A stretch of 64,000 nucleotides of DNA from a virus (IMGVR_UViG_3300032298_001038:96001-160000); one strand, 5' to 3'. Positions 1-10,156 are shown, counted from the first letter of the stretch. The notes: generated by a model not told the origin, from the sequence alone. A program made the numbers and translations.

Positions 1-141
1 CCCGGATGTGATCAGCAGCGCAGGGGTGAACAAAGATATTTGTTTGTTCAGCCCGCGAAGCGACTCGGAGCATGACCGCGCTGCGATATCGTCAGCGTTT
101 GTGACTTCATCGACACGCGTAAAAGAGGGCGGAAGAACCAT
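1..141 (-). CDS. Hypothetical protein, runs off the left edge (MVLPPSFTRVDEV...)
   Basis: ATG at 141, 1 nt after the TGA of the resolvase gene (stop-C-ATG coupling seen elsewhere); frame open to the edge. Confidence 0.5.
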   Translation of the reverse strand, partial: MVLPPSFTRVDEVTNADDIAARSCSESLRGLNKQISLFTPALLITSG

Positions 142-142
142 G

Positions 143-781
143 TCATTTCTTTGGTTGCGGCATGCCGGCGTGAACTTTTTGAATAAGCAACAGTAACACG
201 AACGCCGCGTCCACTACGTTGTCGATACCCGTAGATTTGTACTTCGACGTGTCGAACGCAGCGCCTAACGCTTTGTTGGCGGCAATGATCATTTCTTCTT
301 TGCTCGCCTTGCCGTTACCCGTCGCGTACTTCTTGATTGTTGAAATAGCATAACCGTTCGACACCAAGTTGTGTTCTTCCGCCCATGTAGCCACCGTCAC
401 CTTCATACCGCCCAATACCTCAGACGCCGTGGCGACGCGAGACAATACGGCTGGAATGCCAAATTTTTTGTTAACGAAGAATTCCTTGGGTGGAGAATAT
501 TTGACATCTTCGTAACCGATTACTTCAGGTTTCGTTACGTTTAAAAACGCACGCAGCCGCACAAACCGTGCGGCGCCGGACTCAAGGCCCTGCGGCGACA
601 AGTCCCACTGAAACAGTTGCAGTTTTTCCTGCAACAACTTTTTGCCCGGAATGTAGTCGTACACTGCCACGCCACAATTACTGCCCAAGTCGAGGCCAAG
701 GAATCGCGTTGCGTCATCCGGACACGGACCCACTTTGGAGGCAAACGTCTCCGGGTCCTTGTACATCCTGTACTTCGGCAT
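143..781 (-). CDS. RuvC-like Holliday junction resolvase
   Basis: RNase H-fold acidic motifs FLGLDLG, VIGYEDV, DNVVDA and KKYATGNGKASKEEMI, typical of phage RuvC-like proteins. Confidence 0.8.
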   Translation of the reverse strand: MPKYRMYKDPETFASKVGPCPDDATRFLGLDLGSNCGVAVYDYIPGKKLLQEKLQLFQWDLSPQGLESGAARFVRLRAFLNVTKPEVIGYEDVKYSPPKEFFVNKKFGIPAVLSRVATASEVLGGMKVTVATWAEEHNLVSNGYAISTIKKYATGNGKASKEEMIIAANKALGAAFDTSKYKSTGIDNVVDAAFVLLLLIQKVHAGMPQPKK

Positions 782-1449
782 TACTTCGTCTTTCTAAAAA
801 CGTTAAACAAACGGCGGAGCCACGATTTTTTAACTGGCGGCTCTAAGGTCGCTGTAAGTTTGCGAACCTCTTCGCTGCATTTGCCCAACTCCGAAGAGCG
901 AGCCTTCAGTTCGGTCAGCAATTTCTGAATTCGAGTTTGCAATACATCTTGATACATGCGCAGATGTTCTGCCATAAAATTGGCGTCATACGTGACGCCT
1001 TTTGTGTGGTTTACAAACTCACGCACCGTCGCGCAAAACCGCGCCATATCCGTGTGGGCGGGAGATTCTTCACCAACAATAGATACCTCACGCACGGCGA
1101 TAAACCACGCCGCACAAAACACTTCTCCAATCGTCGCGAAGATAAACTGCCGCACGGCGTAACGCGAGTTATGAAAATCGTACCGAAGCAACGCCTGCTC
1201 AAAACTTAACACCGGGTCAGCGCCGTTGACGAAATCACGCTGAGCGCTCGCGAACGCGGTCAATGCGGCGTTGATTTCGTCAGCCGTGATATTTTGCTTC
1301 TCGCGCCACTGTGCTCGATCAGCCGGCTCGTTGACTTCTAGGTTTTCAACCGCAATGCGCATGAGCGTCGGCGTAATGTATGCGTAATCCCGCTCGGGAT
1401 TGTACATAGGGCCGGTGTCACCCTTTTGCCGATAGCCGATGTCACCCAT
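781..1449 (-). CDS. Hypothetical protein with C-terminal coiled coil
   Basis: 222-aa ORF abutting neighbours in the operon. Confidence 0.75.
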   Translation of the reverse strand: MGDIGYRQKGDTGPMYNPERDYAYITPTLMRIAVENLEVNEPADRAQWREKQNITADEINAALTAFASAQRDFVNGADPVLSFEQALLRYDFHNSRYAVRQFIFATIGEVFCAAWFIAVREVSIVGEESPAHTDMARFCATVREFVNHTKGVTYDANFMAEHLRMYQDVLQTRIQKLLTELKARSSELGKCSEEVRKLTATLEPPVKKSWLRRLFNVFRKTK

Positions 1450-1473
1450 CTGTTCCTCCTTGAACTGGCTGCG

Positions 1474-2319
1474 CTAATTGGCAATGTGCCTATTTGATTT
1501 GCAACAGTTGACGCACATCGCCGCCGGGTTTTCTGGATCAAAAAACGCGATGGTGTTGCATATCCGGCAGTGCGTTTCAACGTACGTCTTGGCGTGCGTC
1601 GCGTAAGAACACTCGTTATATCCGACGGGGCAATTGACGCAAGAGTGCTGAAATTCATTCGGGCAGGGTTTGACCCGGCAGCGCACCTCTAGCAACGACT
1701 TGTTAGCCTTGAGCATGCTACTGGTAATGCTTACGCGATGAAACGACGGCCTGTCACGGGAGCGGTCGGCTTCGACGTGGGCGAAGAACATCAAGTTAAC
1801 AAAGTGCATGCCAATGCCGGCATACTGGTACGGCCCCCACGAGTTCGTCGAGAAACCGACGATTCGCGAGATGGCGCGACAACTGTTAGCAGAGAAAAAC
1901 TGCGTAAATAACTCGGCGCATGGCGTACCGGCCAGCGCGCGGCAATGAAACAAAAATCCGTGCTTGTCTTTCCGTTTCATCGGCACAACTTTTTCGACGC
2001 AGATGGGCACGATCTCGTCGCGCATCTGCCGCGTCCAAGGCACAACGGGTTCGCCGGCGATCAGGAGGTCTATATTGCCGGCCAGCCGCCACGCAAGTTT
2101 TGCCGCAGGCTTAGCGGTTAACTGCGTTCCCGCCATTAAACGTATCGTCTCAAAAACAGCGTTCCGCGACACCGTTGGCGGCAGCGCGGAACACAAACTG
2201 TCAGTGATTTCGTAAATAGTGTTTCCGACAATCGATTGATCAATGTGCCCGCGGAGTATTTCAAACAACTGCGCTCGGCGGGTAAAAATCTGTTTCCGGC
2301 TAAATTTTTTCGCCGTCAT
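1474..2319 (-). CDS. Hypothetical protein with Cys-rich (Zn-binding-like) C-terminus
   Basis: 281 aa; CxxC pairs (CVNC, CRIC, CVNC) at the C-terminus. Confidence 0.75.
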   Translation of the reverse strand: MTAKKFSRKQIFTRRAQLFEILRGHIDQSIVGNTIYEITDSLCSALPPTVSRNAVFETIRLMAGTQLTAKPAAKLAWRLAGNIDLLIAGEPVVPWTRQMRDEIVPICVEKVVPMKRKDKHGFLFHCRALAGTPCAELFTQFFSANSCRAISRIVGFSTNSWGPYQYAGIGMHFVNLMFFAHVEADRSRDRPSFHRVSITSSMLKANKSLLEVRCRVKPCPNEFQHSCVNCPVGYNECSYATHAKTYVETHCRICNTIAFFDPENPAAMCVNCCKSNRHIAN

Positions 2320-2957
2320 TGTGTCTGTAGGGTAACGGGGGCAGCCGACGAAATGTCGGGCGAGTTATCTGCTGGTGCGGTTGTCGTGTCAGTCACAACC
2401 TGCTTGTTTTTATTAGCGGTTTCCCACTCCTTGAACGCAGTGACACAACGATCGTTGGTCTTTTGCGCCAAGTCAGCAACCTGCTTGGACAACTCACGAA
2501 GGGAGACAATAATAAAACCAAACTCGTTCGTAATCAGTGTCGACAGGTCGCCAATGCACGAAAGCGTCTGCATCTTGACGCTGTGGTCAACTGTCTTGTC
2601 GCCTTTGCTGATAGCAAAATCGAGCGTCAGACCTTTGAAGATAACCTGCGGCGGCAGCGGCTCGTCGGTTGAACGCCCGTTGAGTTCCGCAGCCAAAATC
2701 TTCAGCGTGTCAAAACGCTGATACAAACGCTCCATCTCTTGCGTCATGTCTCGCATAAACGTCGAGGGATTGATGCGCTCGACCGACGGTGTTTCCATTT
2801 GAATGCCCGGGACGCTGGCGGCAGTCATCGCTTTGGCAGCCATTTCCTTGATGGCCTGCTCCATCTGTGCAGTATTTAAGCGCACAGGGACGTTCTGCAC
2901 GTTCGGGCCGGTAGTGGTCACAGATTGAGCGTCAACAATTGTGGGCTTATCGGCCAT
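2316..2957 (-). CDS. Hypothetical protein
   Basis: 213-aa ORF, ATGA overlap with the downstream gene. Confidence 0.75.
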   Translation of the reverse strand: MADKPTIVDAQSVTTTGPNVQNVPVRLNTAQMEQAIKEMAAKAMTAASVPGIQMETPSVERINPSTFMRDMTQEMERLYQRFDTLKILAAELNGRSTDEPLPPQVIFKGLTLDFAISKGDKTVDHSVKMQTLSCIGDLSTLITNEFGFIIVSLRELSKQVADLAQKTNDRCVTAFKEWETANKNKQVVTDTTTAPADNSPDISSAAPVTLQTQ

Positions 2958-2959
2958 GT

Positions 2960-3367
2960 TTATCTCTCCGTAGCGATGGCGAATCCAAACCAGTAGCGAA
3001 GTCCTACTGCCGTATTTATATCGTCTCCGTAAATTAAGTCAACAGGGTTTCCAGTGACCACGTGCAACGTTCTAACCGGTTTCGCCACATACCCAACGCA
3101 GGCGATACCGATTTGAATGACAGCGGCAAACGCGAGGTCTGCTTTGGGGCTTAGCAGGTACTCAAATACCGGTATCCGTAAATACTGATCGTTGGTAGTC
3201 AAGGCAATGCTCGGCGGAGAGGCAGCGTCTACGCGAGCATCAATAACAAACCAGTCTTCTGGCAGCCCGGGTTGTTTTGCGTGAATAAGCGCGGGCGAGA
3301 ACGGCTTATCAGACGGCCAGTTCTCTCGCGTGGCTTTCATATCTAAACGCGATACAACAATTTTCAT
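2960..3367 (-). CDS. Hypothetical protein
   Basis: 135-aa ORF, ATGA overlap with the upstream gene. Confidence 0.7.
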   Translation of the reverse strand: MKIVVSRLDMKATRENWPSDKPFSPALIHAKQPGLPEDWFVIDARVDAASPPSIALTTNDQYLRIPVFEYLLSPKADLAFAAVIQIGIACVGYVAKPVRTLHVVTGNPVDLIYGDDINTAVGLRYWFGFAIATER

Positions 3368-4065
3368 AGTTCAATTGTCCGGGCTACAACAGCCTCGACG
3401 CCGCTGTCGTTAACGTTGATTCGCACACCGTCGCGGAAATGACACAGAGGAATGTTTTGATGCTTTAGGGCTGCCCCGAGAATACGGTCGCCGTTCTTCT
3501 GCTGGAAGTCTGGAGACGGAAAGTCAAAGCGACGCAGCAACTCTGTCTTAATCGCCCACCAACCGCTGATGACGTATGGCAAGTAAGTGTTGTCCTGCTC
3601 AGGGTTGAACCACGTTTGCTGCGACGCCCACGCCAGTTGCGCATCCGGTAGTTTCGCCTTCTGGACAGACCCAATCAGGTTGCAGCCATTGACGCTTTTT
3701 ATGACGCGTTCCAGCCAGTCTTCAACCGTACACTCTTTCGGCTCCAGATACGAGTCGTGATCAAACCACATTGTAATCGGCGCCCTGATCGCCGGCTCGT
3801 GAAACATTTGACGCATCATGGGGTATTTCATGATGTTGTTCGCGCTATGGAACAAGACGGTGCTGTGAAAGTGATCCGCAATCTGCCGCTGCAAAAATGA
3901 CGCCGTGTCTGGCCCCACAGCGTTGCAGCCAAAACGGAATTCAATATTCCGCTTGGCTAGGCAACGCATAGGGTCATTCAGCACCCGCTGCGCGAGTTTG
4001 AAGTGTTGTTCTTCTGCGCCGTAAAACAACACGCAGATACAGACGTCAGCGGCTCCATCCGCCAT
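3364..4065 (-). CDS. GT-A fold glycosyltransferase-like protein
   Basis: N-terminal VCICVLFYG strand, DxD-like motif WFDHDSY, later GWWAI and GDRILG segments as in GT2-type enzymes. Confidence 0.6.
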   Translation of the reverse strand: MADGAADVCICVLFYGAEEQHFKLAQRVLNDPMRCLAKRNIEFRFGCNAVGPDTASFLQRQIADHFHSTVLFHSANNIMKYPMMRQMFHEPAIRAPITMWFDHDSYLEPKECTVEDWLERVIKSVNGCNLIGSVQKAKLPDAQLAWASQQTWFNPEQDNTYLPYVISGWWAIKTELLRRFDFPSPDFQQKNGDRILGAALKHQNIPLCHFRDGVRINVNDSGVEAVVARTIEL

Positions 4066-4080
4066 ATCGAATCCGTTCGA

Positions 4081-4509
4081 TTAGAGGGCTTTAAAATGTT
4101 CCTCAATCACGGCAGCAATCTTCGCAAACGACGTGCCGCTGTCGTTTAACGCCATAAGCGTGGTTTCTTGTTTGATGGCAACTTCGTGGCCAAAGTAACC
4201 ATCATCTGACTCCATCCCAGACCAACGCCGCACGGGGTCGGGCAAAGAGTATTCTTCAGGCGTCCAAACATTTCGTGCGTCGAATCCAAAAATCGTATGG
4301 CCGGCAGAAACATTTTCGCCGGCGCCGGCTTTACGCGCGCGAACGCGAATTTTGTGTTCGTGTTCTTTCTGATAAAGATCGCACAGCACGCCCAAACAAC
4401 AATGCTTGGTAATGCCGGTTTTTGTTTTTACCTTCAACGCCCCGCGGCCCTGCTTGTACCGCTTCGACCGCAGGGCTTTGACCCACTTTTTGGCAATCGC
4501 GGCTTTCAT
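4081..4509 (-). CDS. Conserved phage hypothetical protein
   Basis: KWVKALRS..YKQGRGAL..HCCLGVLCDL..LNDSG..FAKIA pattern, recalled from many phage hypotheticals. Confidence 0.75.
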   Translation of the reverse strand: MKAAIAKKWVKALRSKRYKQGRGALKVKTKTGITKHCCLGVLCDLYQKEHEHKIRVRARKAGAGENVSAGHTIFGFDARNVWTPEEYSLPDPVRRWSGMESDDGYFGHEVAIKQETTLMALNDSGTSFAKIAAVIEEHFKAL

Positions 4510-5054
4510 ATCTTTACCTGCTTGAGACTGTTCTTGGCTACCGCAACCGGCAGCACTACCGGGGCTACGCGGGAGAGCGACAAAAGTTTAAATATCGTAT
4601 TCACATCGTTCTTGTTAGGCGGCACATCAGAGTGCATCTGCGATAACACGCGATCGATGGCCAGCATAAAGTCATCACGAGACCGTTCAGAGCCAAAAGA
4701 AAACCGAACTGAAAACTGCGTGACAGTCTTTCCGGCGTGCTCGTCGGCAACGTCTCGTCGTTCCCATGCTTTGCCTGTTTCGTCACGAATGTAAATTACC
4801 GCAAGCCGGCCGTGATTGTCGTATACAACGAGCGTCACAGATTCGTCCGGGTCTTGCGTGAGTGAAAACACATGGGGCATTTTTGTTGCCGGAATAAACG
4901 GCAGTTTCGATAACTTGTCGCCGTCCAACGCAACGCGAAACAACTGTACCGGAAAAGACCGCCGTTTCTTGGGCGGCCCCATTACGGCGAACTCGGCTTC
5001 AATGGCTGGAACGCCGGGTTCGACGACTACGGGTACATTGCGGATTGCAAGCAT
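4506..5054 (-). CDS. Hypothetical protein
   Basis: Start moved to ATG 5054 (MLAIRN) to avoid a 119-nt overlap; ATGA overlap downstream. Confidence 0.7.
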   Translation of the reverse strand: MLAIRNVPVVVEPGVPAIEAEFAVMGPPKKRRSFPVQLFRVALDGDKLSKLPFIPATKMPHVFSLTQDPDESVTLVVYDNHGRLAVIYIRDETGKAWERRDVADEHAGKTVTQFSVRFSFGSERSRDDFMLAIDRVLSQMHSDVPPNKNDVNTIFKLLSLSRVAPVVLPVAVAKNSLKQVKI

Positions 5055-5064
5055 TGGTGCCTTT

Positions 5065-5973
5065 CTATCGTGTAATATCGGACTTGCGCTTGGGGGTGGT
5101 CGACTCTTCTTCTTCGTCATCCGCCTCGTCGGCACTGTCCAATTGCGAGATAACTTCCTCGTGAACCTTGTTGCACATGGCAATGTGATCCGCCACCATG
5201 TCCGACATCATGTCAAAGTTCTGCCGCATTTCAGCGAACAGGCCAATGATGATTTCGTCAAGGCGCTCGGGGGACGCGTTTGCCACGTCGTCGTAAATGT
5301 TATCTGTATCTTCCGCCAGCCAGAGTTTTTCGGAACGGGCGATAAACCGCTTCTGGTGGTTAATCAGATCGAGCAGTTGCTGCTTCAGGCCCTTGGGCGC
5401 CTGATGCGTACGGCCGCTGTTCTTCTTCTTGCCGCGAATCTCTTGAAGTTCAAGCGCCAGATTGCGCGCTGTCAGGGCTTCCTCTGCGCACTTACCCTCC
5501 AGCACGTTTCGCTGGTCTTCGTCGGCCACCTGCGACAGCAGTTGGACGTGCGACACCGTCATCCGCCAACGCGGCCGTTCCGGACAACGTAACGCCAGCA
5601 AGCGGGTGATCTCCTGCTCGCTGGGGTACCGCTCGTGAAAATTCACGGCGCCACGCAACTGGTCGGCGGTGTAGACGGGCGCGAAGATTGAAATAATGAG
5701 CGACGCGCCGTCAATGTGCGACGCCCGCTGCTCGTCGGTCAAATACGTTTCGGGGTCGTTCTTGACGTCGGTAATCAGTTTGCCGACCCGCCAAAACGCC
5801 GTCAGGCTCGCAACCTGTACGTCGCCGAAAATCTGATCGATCTCCGCGACGACGTCGCGCAGTTCGTTTGTCAGCGTGTGCTCATTCAGGCGGTCAGCAA
5901 CGTTCTCCGCGCCTTCAGCGCCTTGAACAAAGTCAGCCTGCATAATCGACATCGCATTGGATTTGCGACCCAT
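5065..5973 (-). CDS. DUF1016 N-terminal-like domain protein with acidic tail
   Basis: LTAFWRVGKLI..LRGAVNFHERYP..MTVSHVQLL resembles the YWEIG..L..MRxF..LSWSH signature of DUF1016_N. Confidence 0.5.
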   Translation of the reverse strand: MGRKSNAMSIMQADFVQGAEGAENVADRLNEHTLTNELRDVVAEIDQIFGDVQVASLTAFWRVGKLITDVKNDPETYLTDEQRASHIDGASLIISIFAPVYTADQLRGAVNFHERYPSEQEITRLLALRCPERPRWRMTVSHVQLLSQVADEDQRNVLEGKCAEEALTARNLALELQEIRGKKKNSGRTHQAPKGLKQQLLDLINHQKRFIARSEKLWLAEDTDNIYDDVANASPERLDEIIIGLFAEMRQNFDMMSDMVADHIAMCNKVHEEVISQLDSADEADDEEEESTTPKRKSDITR

Positions 5974-5991
5974 AACTTCCTCCTGTGATGG

Positions 5992-7131
5992 TTAACTGTT
6001 TGGAATCAATAACTTCATGGCAGCGCTCTGTAACGCGTCTCGTGTCGTGTAATACTGGTTGCGGGAATACCGCAGAATTGAACAAAACATGTCGTACAGC
6101 GATCGCGAGTTCATGACTTCACGCGTGTACACGTCAATTGGATTTCGCGGATCAATGTCGGCGCCGACCATAGCCGCGTTTTTGCATATCTGCCGCGCAT
6201 CATCCCGTGTAACTTTGAACCGCCCAAGGTAGTCGATCCAGTTCGCTGTGGCTGCGTCCAGCACGGTTTTTGAATCCGAGAAATTCAACGACGTAGCCAT
6301 CAACCTATTGACGTTTTTGGCTACAACGCCCATGTCAATTTCTCGGGTTACCGTCTTGCTAATCATGATCGCCGCGCGGCCTAGCAGGTCGGCGCCGATG
6401 TGCCGCATATGAAAGCCCTTCCGGCGATGCTCGATTGCCGGCCCGAACTTGGTCATGATGCACAGCGCAGCCCGCATGGCGAAGCCGCTGTCTTCGCGAT
6501 TCGAGAAATACCATCCACCGGCAAAGATGTGCCGCCGGTCGGTATAGATATCATTGCGCTTGCTATTTGTGTCGATGTAGTAAATGCGCAACTCGCGGCC
6601 GACCAACTCAGCCCGGTAAAACTCTGCCGCAGGTTGCTTGGCTTGAATCTCGTCAGCCACCATGTTGAAAAAGACAGCGTTGTCGAGCAGGCGGTGGTCA
6701 AGACCAAGGAAACCTTCGATTGTCTTGGAGTTGTGATCGACGAGCAGCGTACGCTCACGAAGCAGTTCAAAGCGTGACCGCAGCACAGCGTTGTAGATGC
6801 CCACGGCCGTGGCGATGTCGCCGTTGTCGAGGCTAACGCTGTATTTGCCGCGCGTCTCGCCGGCGAGTTCGTTGAACACGCTGTTCAGCCCGGCGGCGAG
6901 GGCGTTCGCCACGGCCGAAAACCCGATCGCGTTGAACCGGTAGTTGTTCTCGGCAATCCGGCCGTCGGCGGCCATGGACAACTGCGCCTCGTCGACAATC
7001 GGGATCGACTCGGTGTCGGCGCTGCGCTTGGCGAGGAAGTCGCGGCAATCGGCGAACTGCGCTGCGTTAAACGCCAGCGCGGGTACAGGCGCAAACACGC
7101 TGCGCGACTGCTGTGCCGACGGCCTAACCAC
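5992..7131 (-). CDS. DUF932-like protein
   Basis: IEGFLGLDHRLLDN and FSNREDSGFAMRAALCI..HIG resemble DUF932 motifs. Confidence 0.55.
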   Translation of the reverse strand: MVRPSAQQSRSVFAPVPALAFNAAQFADCRDFLAKRSADTESIPIVDEAQLSMAADGRIAENNYRFNAIGFSAVANALAAGLNSVFNELAGETRGKYSVSLDNGDIATAVGIYNAVLRSRFELLRERTLLVDHNSKTIEGFLGLDHRLLDNAVFFNMVADEIQAKQPAAEFYRAELVGRELRIYYIDTNSKRNDIYTDRRHIFAGGWYFSNREDSGFAMRAALCIMTKFGPAIEHRRKGFHMRHIGADLLGRAAIMISKTVTREIDMGVVAKNVNRLMATSLNFSDSKTVLDAATANWIDYLGRFKVTRDDARQICKNAAMVGADIDPRNPIDVYTREVMNSRSLYDMFCSILRYSRNQYYTTRDALQSAAMKLLIPNS

Positions 7132-7143
7132 GACGCGAGCCTC

Positions 7144-7740
7144 CTACTCTTCGAACCAGTCGCCGCCTATGCCCCCGAAGAAGGCCGCAGACGGCTCAAC
7201 ATGGATCACGCCGCCTTCCGGCGCGCCGAACGTCCAGCGTACGCATGGGACGTCGGTGGCTGGCCGTACGGGAAGGTCCATATTATGCGCCACGAAGAAC
7301 TTTCTGACAACCGGAAAAACGAACACAAATGGGCGGTCTAGGCTGACTGCAAAACCATGCAGGGCTTTTGACAACGTGCGCATCAAGATGTTGTTTTTTG
7401 TAGATAACAAATCGCTAATCGTTAACTGATACAGCGACAGGCTGGCTTTATTTCCAGCGTCGTCGCGCCGATAACCGCAATAACCGATTCGCTTGCCGCA
7501 CAGCGTCGCGGGGAACTGGGGGAACGCTGAGTTGAACCACGCGCAACTCATCTCGTGCGTCCCGGTCGCGTCTCGGCATAGGTTGACGAGCCGGCCCCAA
7601 CTTCTGGGTTTGACGCCGCACTCGTTGAATACGCGGCGGACGATGCGGCTCTCGTACGATAACTGCCGCTGAAACCCATCGGTCTGCGCCCGCGAGTTTT
7701 CGTCAAACAAATTGTTAAAGAACTGATCGCGATCCATCAC
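7144..7740 (-). CDS. Hypothetical protein
   Basis: 198-aa ORF, overlap-coupled. Confidence 0.75.
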   Translation of the reverse strand: MMDRDQFFNNLFDENSRAQTDGFQRQLSYESRIVRRVFNECGVKPRSWGRLVNLCRDATGTHEMSCAWFNSAFPQFPATLCGKRIGYCGYRRDDAGNKASLSLYQLTISDLLSTKNNILMRTLSKALHGFAVSLDRPFVFVFPVVRKFFVAHNMDLPVRPATDVPCVRWTFGAPEGGVIHVEPSAAFFGGIGGDWFEE

Positions 7741-8186
7741 GCACGTTTATTTTTCTTGATGTGTTTTTTGATTGCCTTGACAGCCTTGGTCAACTCGAAC
7801 AGCCGCTCGTCATCGTCGAATATCCCGTCACCTTTGGTTTCAGACTCGTAGACAGTTTCGCCGCCGCAGTCCGGAACATCGGCCCGGAAATAGCCATGCC
7901 GCAACCGCAGATAACCAACCTGATCATTATTTTTATCAAACACGTCGTACTGCTCCGGGCAGGCACTGCACGTGCAGACAAGCCGCAACCCGTCAATGTC
8001 GATGTCTGCCATGTTGTATCTCGTGGTTTGCCACAACTCCAGTTCAGCCCGTAGGCCCGCAATCACTTCGCGTAATTGACGAATTTCGGCGGCTGCTGCG
8101 CGAAGCAGTTCAGATCGGTCTAGTGCGCGACACTGAGTAACCGACGCCTCTAATTGCACTATGATGTCAATACCGCGGGAAGACAT
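7737..8186 (-). CDS. Phage hypothetical protein
   Basis: AAAEIRQLR coil plus CSACPEQYDVF..VGYLRLRHG domain, recalled from phage hypotheticals. Confidence 0.75.
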   Translation of the reverse strand: MSSRGIDIIVQLEASVTQCRALDRSELLRAAAAEIRQLREVIAGLRAELELWQTTRYNMADIDIDGLRLVCTCSACPEQYDVFDKNNDQVGYLRLRHGYFRADVPDCGGETVYESETKGDGIFDDDERLFELTKAVKAIKKHIKKNKRA

Positions 8187-8692
8187 TTTGTCACTTTTTG
8201 CGTCGGCGGGTTGAGTTTATCTATTGAAAACAACCGAGTTAAACGTTTTTTATCGTAATCGGCGTACACCCCGTCGCGCCACCCGATTTCTTGATGTACC
8301 CAGCCAAGAATCTCGACCTGCCTAAACTCGCGTGGCCTCGGAAACGCGGCCCACACGATTAAGTCAGAAATAGAATTTTGATGATAGCGAATCGGCACGC
8401 CTTCGCTCACACGAATTCTTCGGACTTCAGTGTTGTTTCCAACGTCAGGATACATGTCGTATTTGTAGTGCTCTGACGCGTGCCAGACGTGGCCGTGCCA
8501 ATACCTGTTTAAATATTTAGCAACAGCAAGTTCACTAATTGCTGCGGCGACACTCGCAGTTCGGTCGTCTTCTAACCGCGTCGGGTCTTGGTACCACGGC
8601 GCGTCTTCTCGTCCCCAGTTCGCCGTGTACCGCCGAATGCCTACGTCTGACGCGCGCTCATATTCCCATGTTTCTAAATCAATAACAATCAC
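8159..8692 (-). CDS. PD-(D/E)xK-like nuclease-fold protein
   Basis: AISELAVAKYL..YPDVG..TEVR..EILGW pattern. Confidence 0.5.
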   Translation of the reverse strand: MIVIDLETWEYERASDVGIRRYTANWGREDAPWYQDPTRLEDDRTASVAAAISELAVAKYLNRYWHGHVWHASEHYKYDMYPDVGNNTEVRRIRVSEGVPIRYHQNSISDLIVWAAFPRPREFRQVEILGWVHQEIGWRDGVYADYDKKRLTRLFSIDKLNPPTQKVTKCLPAVLTS

Positions 8693-8716
8693 TGACGAAT
8701 CCTTTCGTAAATAACG

Positions 8717-10093
8717 TCAGTCTACCTGCCCAAGCGGATCGAAATCTTCTGGGATGATGCTGTCGCCCGACATGCTGGCCGCAGCCATCAACTCGGGCAC
8801 GTCTGTCATCTGCTGCGTCTTCAACTGCTCCATAACTTGAGCGCGATACTTTTTAGCCGGGTCACAAATAACGTACTCGTTGACGCCGAGCAATCCGTGG
8901 AGAACACCGAGCACCTTTTTGTTTTCTTCGAGCGCCACTGAGGCTTCAACTTCGGAGAGCGCACTCTGCTTCGAGATACCGAGAGCCGTGGAATAGACGA
9001 GCGGCGTGTCTGCATTTTTAGTGCCGTGTTTATACTCCAAGTCACAAACCTGTCGTACCAACGCTGGCAGTTTCGGATCAATGCCCGGCTGCGGCTTCTT
9101 GTCGGCCGCCTGCAAGTCCATGAGCAGGCGGATAGACGCCGTATGCCAGTCCCAGTAGTGATACTGCTGATTTCTGTAGTTTTCATTTCCTTCAGCGTCC
9201 TTTGCTGAAATGATGTCGTTGTACCACATAAGATTGACAACCAGTTTGCGGCCCGGCGCGCCAAGGTTGTTCTTGGTCGCGATAAGCCGTACTGCCTGTC
9301 CTTCGGCACGGCCAGCCACGATGTTGTTACGCGACGCCTTTTGCATGTCGATGATGAGCGTCGGATAGTAATCGAGGCTGGCGCCGCCCGGAGCGTACTT
9401 CTTCGGCGGACCGAAGCCCATGCTGTTGATTTCTTCTTTGAGATGATTTGTCGCAATAAGTGCGATTGGGTAGTGCCGAAGAGTGGGCACTAACGCCGTG
9501 CGCATAAAATCCGACAAGTTGCGCGCCAAATACGGATGGCCCGCGGCTGCATGACCCTCTTCCGCCACCTTTTCAACGCGACGATCTACCTCGACAGCAG
9601 AGATAGAGTCGACGCCGATACAAATAGGAATAACCCGGTCCGGGGCGTTGGCCGCGTCAATCTGCGAGTGAATAGCCTTGCAGAAACCCATGTACTTGCT
9701 CTGCCACTCTTCCACGCTGGCCGCAGTCGTGACCTTGGTGCGGGCGATGTGCTGCGGGTTATGCCCCAGCATGCCCGCCAGCATTGTCGGGCTGCCCTTG
9801 TTCTCGGTGTCGATAAGAATGGCACCGCCACCGTAAACGTGGAACCACCGCATGATTTCCAACAGCAACGCCGACTTGCCGGCGCTGAACTCGCCACGGA
9901 GTTGCGTAAACCGCGACAACGGAAAGATATTGGCTTGCAGCAAATAACGCGCGGCTAAAGTCGGCAACGGCAACCCGATGAGCGGGTCGTTGTCCTCGGC
10001 GTTCGCTTTGAGGACTTCGGTGATTACAGGGTGCTCGCCGTTAACGTCGAACACGCTGACATCATTATCTTCGTTCTTTTTCTTACGACCCAT
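8717..10093 (-). CDS. recA: RecA/UvsX-like recombinase
   Basis: Walker A GEFSAGKS, LIDTEN, Walker B IGVDSIS, IATNHLK, PGGASLDYY, KNNLGAP. Confidence 0.92.
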   Translation of the reverse strand: MGRKKKNEDNDVSVFDVNGEHPVITEVLKANAEDNDPLIGLPLPTLAARYLLQANIFPLSRFTQLRGEFSAGKSALLLEIMRWFHVYGGGAILIDTENKGSPTMLAGMLGHNPQHIARTKVTTAASVEEWQSKYMGFCKAIHSQIDAANAPDRVIPICIGVDSISAVEVDRRVEKVAEEGHAAAGHPYLARNLSDFMRTALVPTLRHYPIALIATNHLKEEINSMGFGPPKKYAPGGASLDYYPTLIIDMQKASRNNIVAGRAEGQAVRLIATKNNLGAPGRKLVVNLMWYNDIISAKDAEGNENYRNQQYHYWDWHTASIRLLMDLQAADKKPQPGIDPKLPALVRQVCDLEYKHGTKNADTPLVYSTALGISKQSALSEVEASVALEENKKVLGVLHGLLGVNEYVICDPAKKYRAQVMEQLKTQQMTDVPELMAAASMSGDSIIPEDFDPLGQVD

Positions 10094-10115
10094 GTGTTCT
10101 TCCTATAGTTAAAAT

Positions 10116-10149
10116 GCCCGGGCGGTAGCAACATTACTGCCGCCCGGGC
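10116..10149 (-). terminator. GC-rich hairpin between the ParB-like gene and recA (terminator or processing site)
   Basis: gcccgggcgg...ccgcccgggc 10-bp perfect stem, extendable; followed on the minus strand by only ATTTT (weak U tract). Confidence 0.5.
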
Positions 10150-10156
10150 TAATTGA

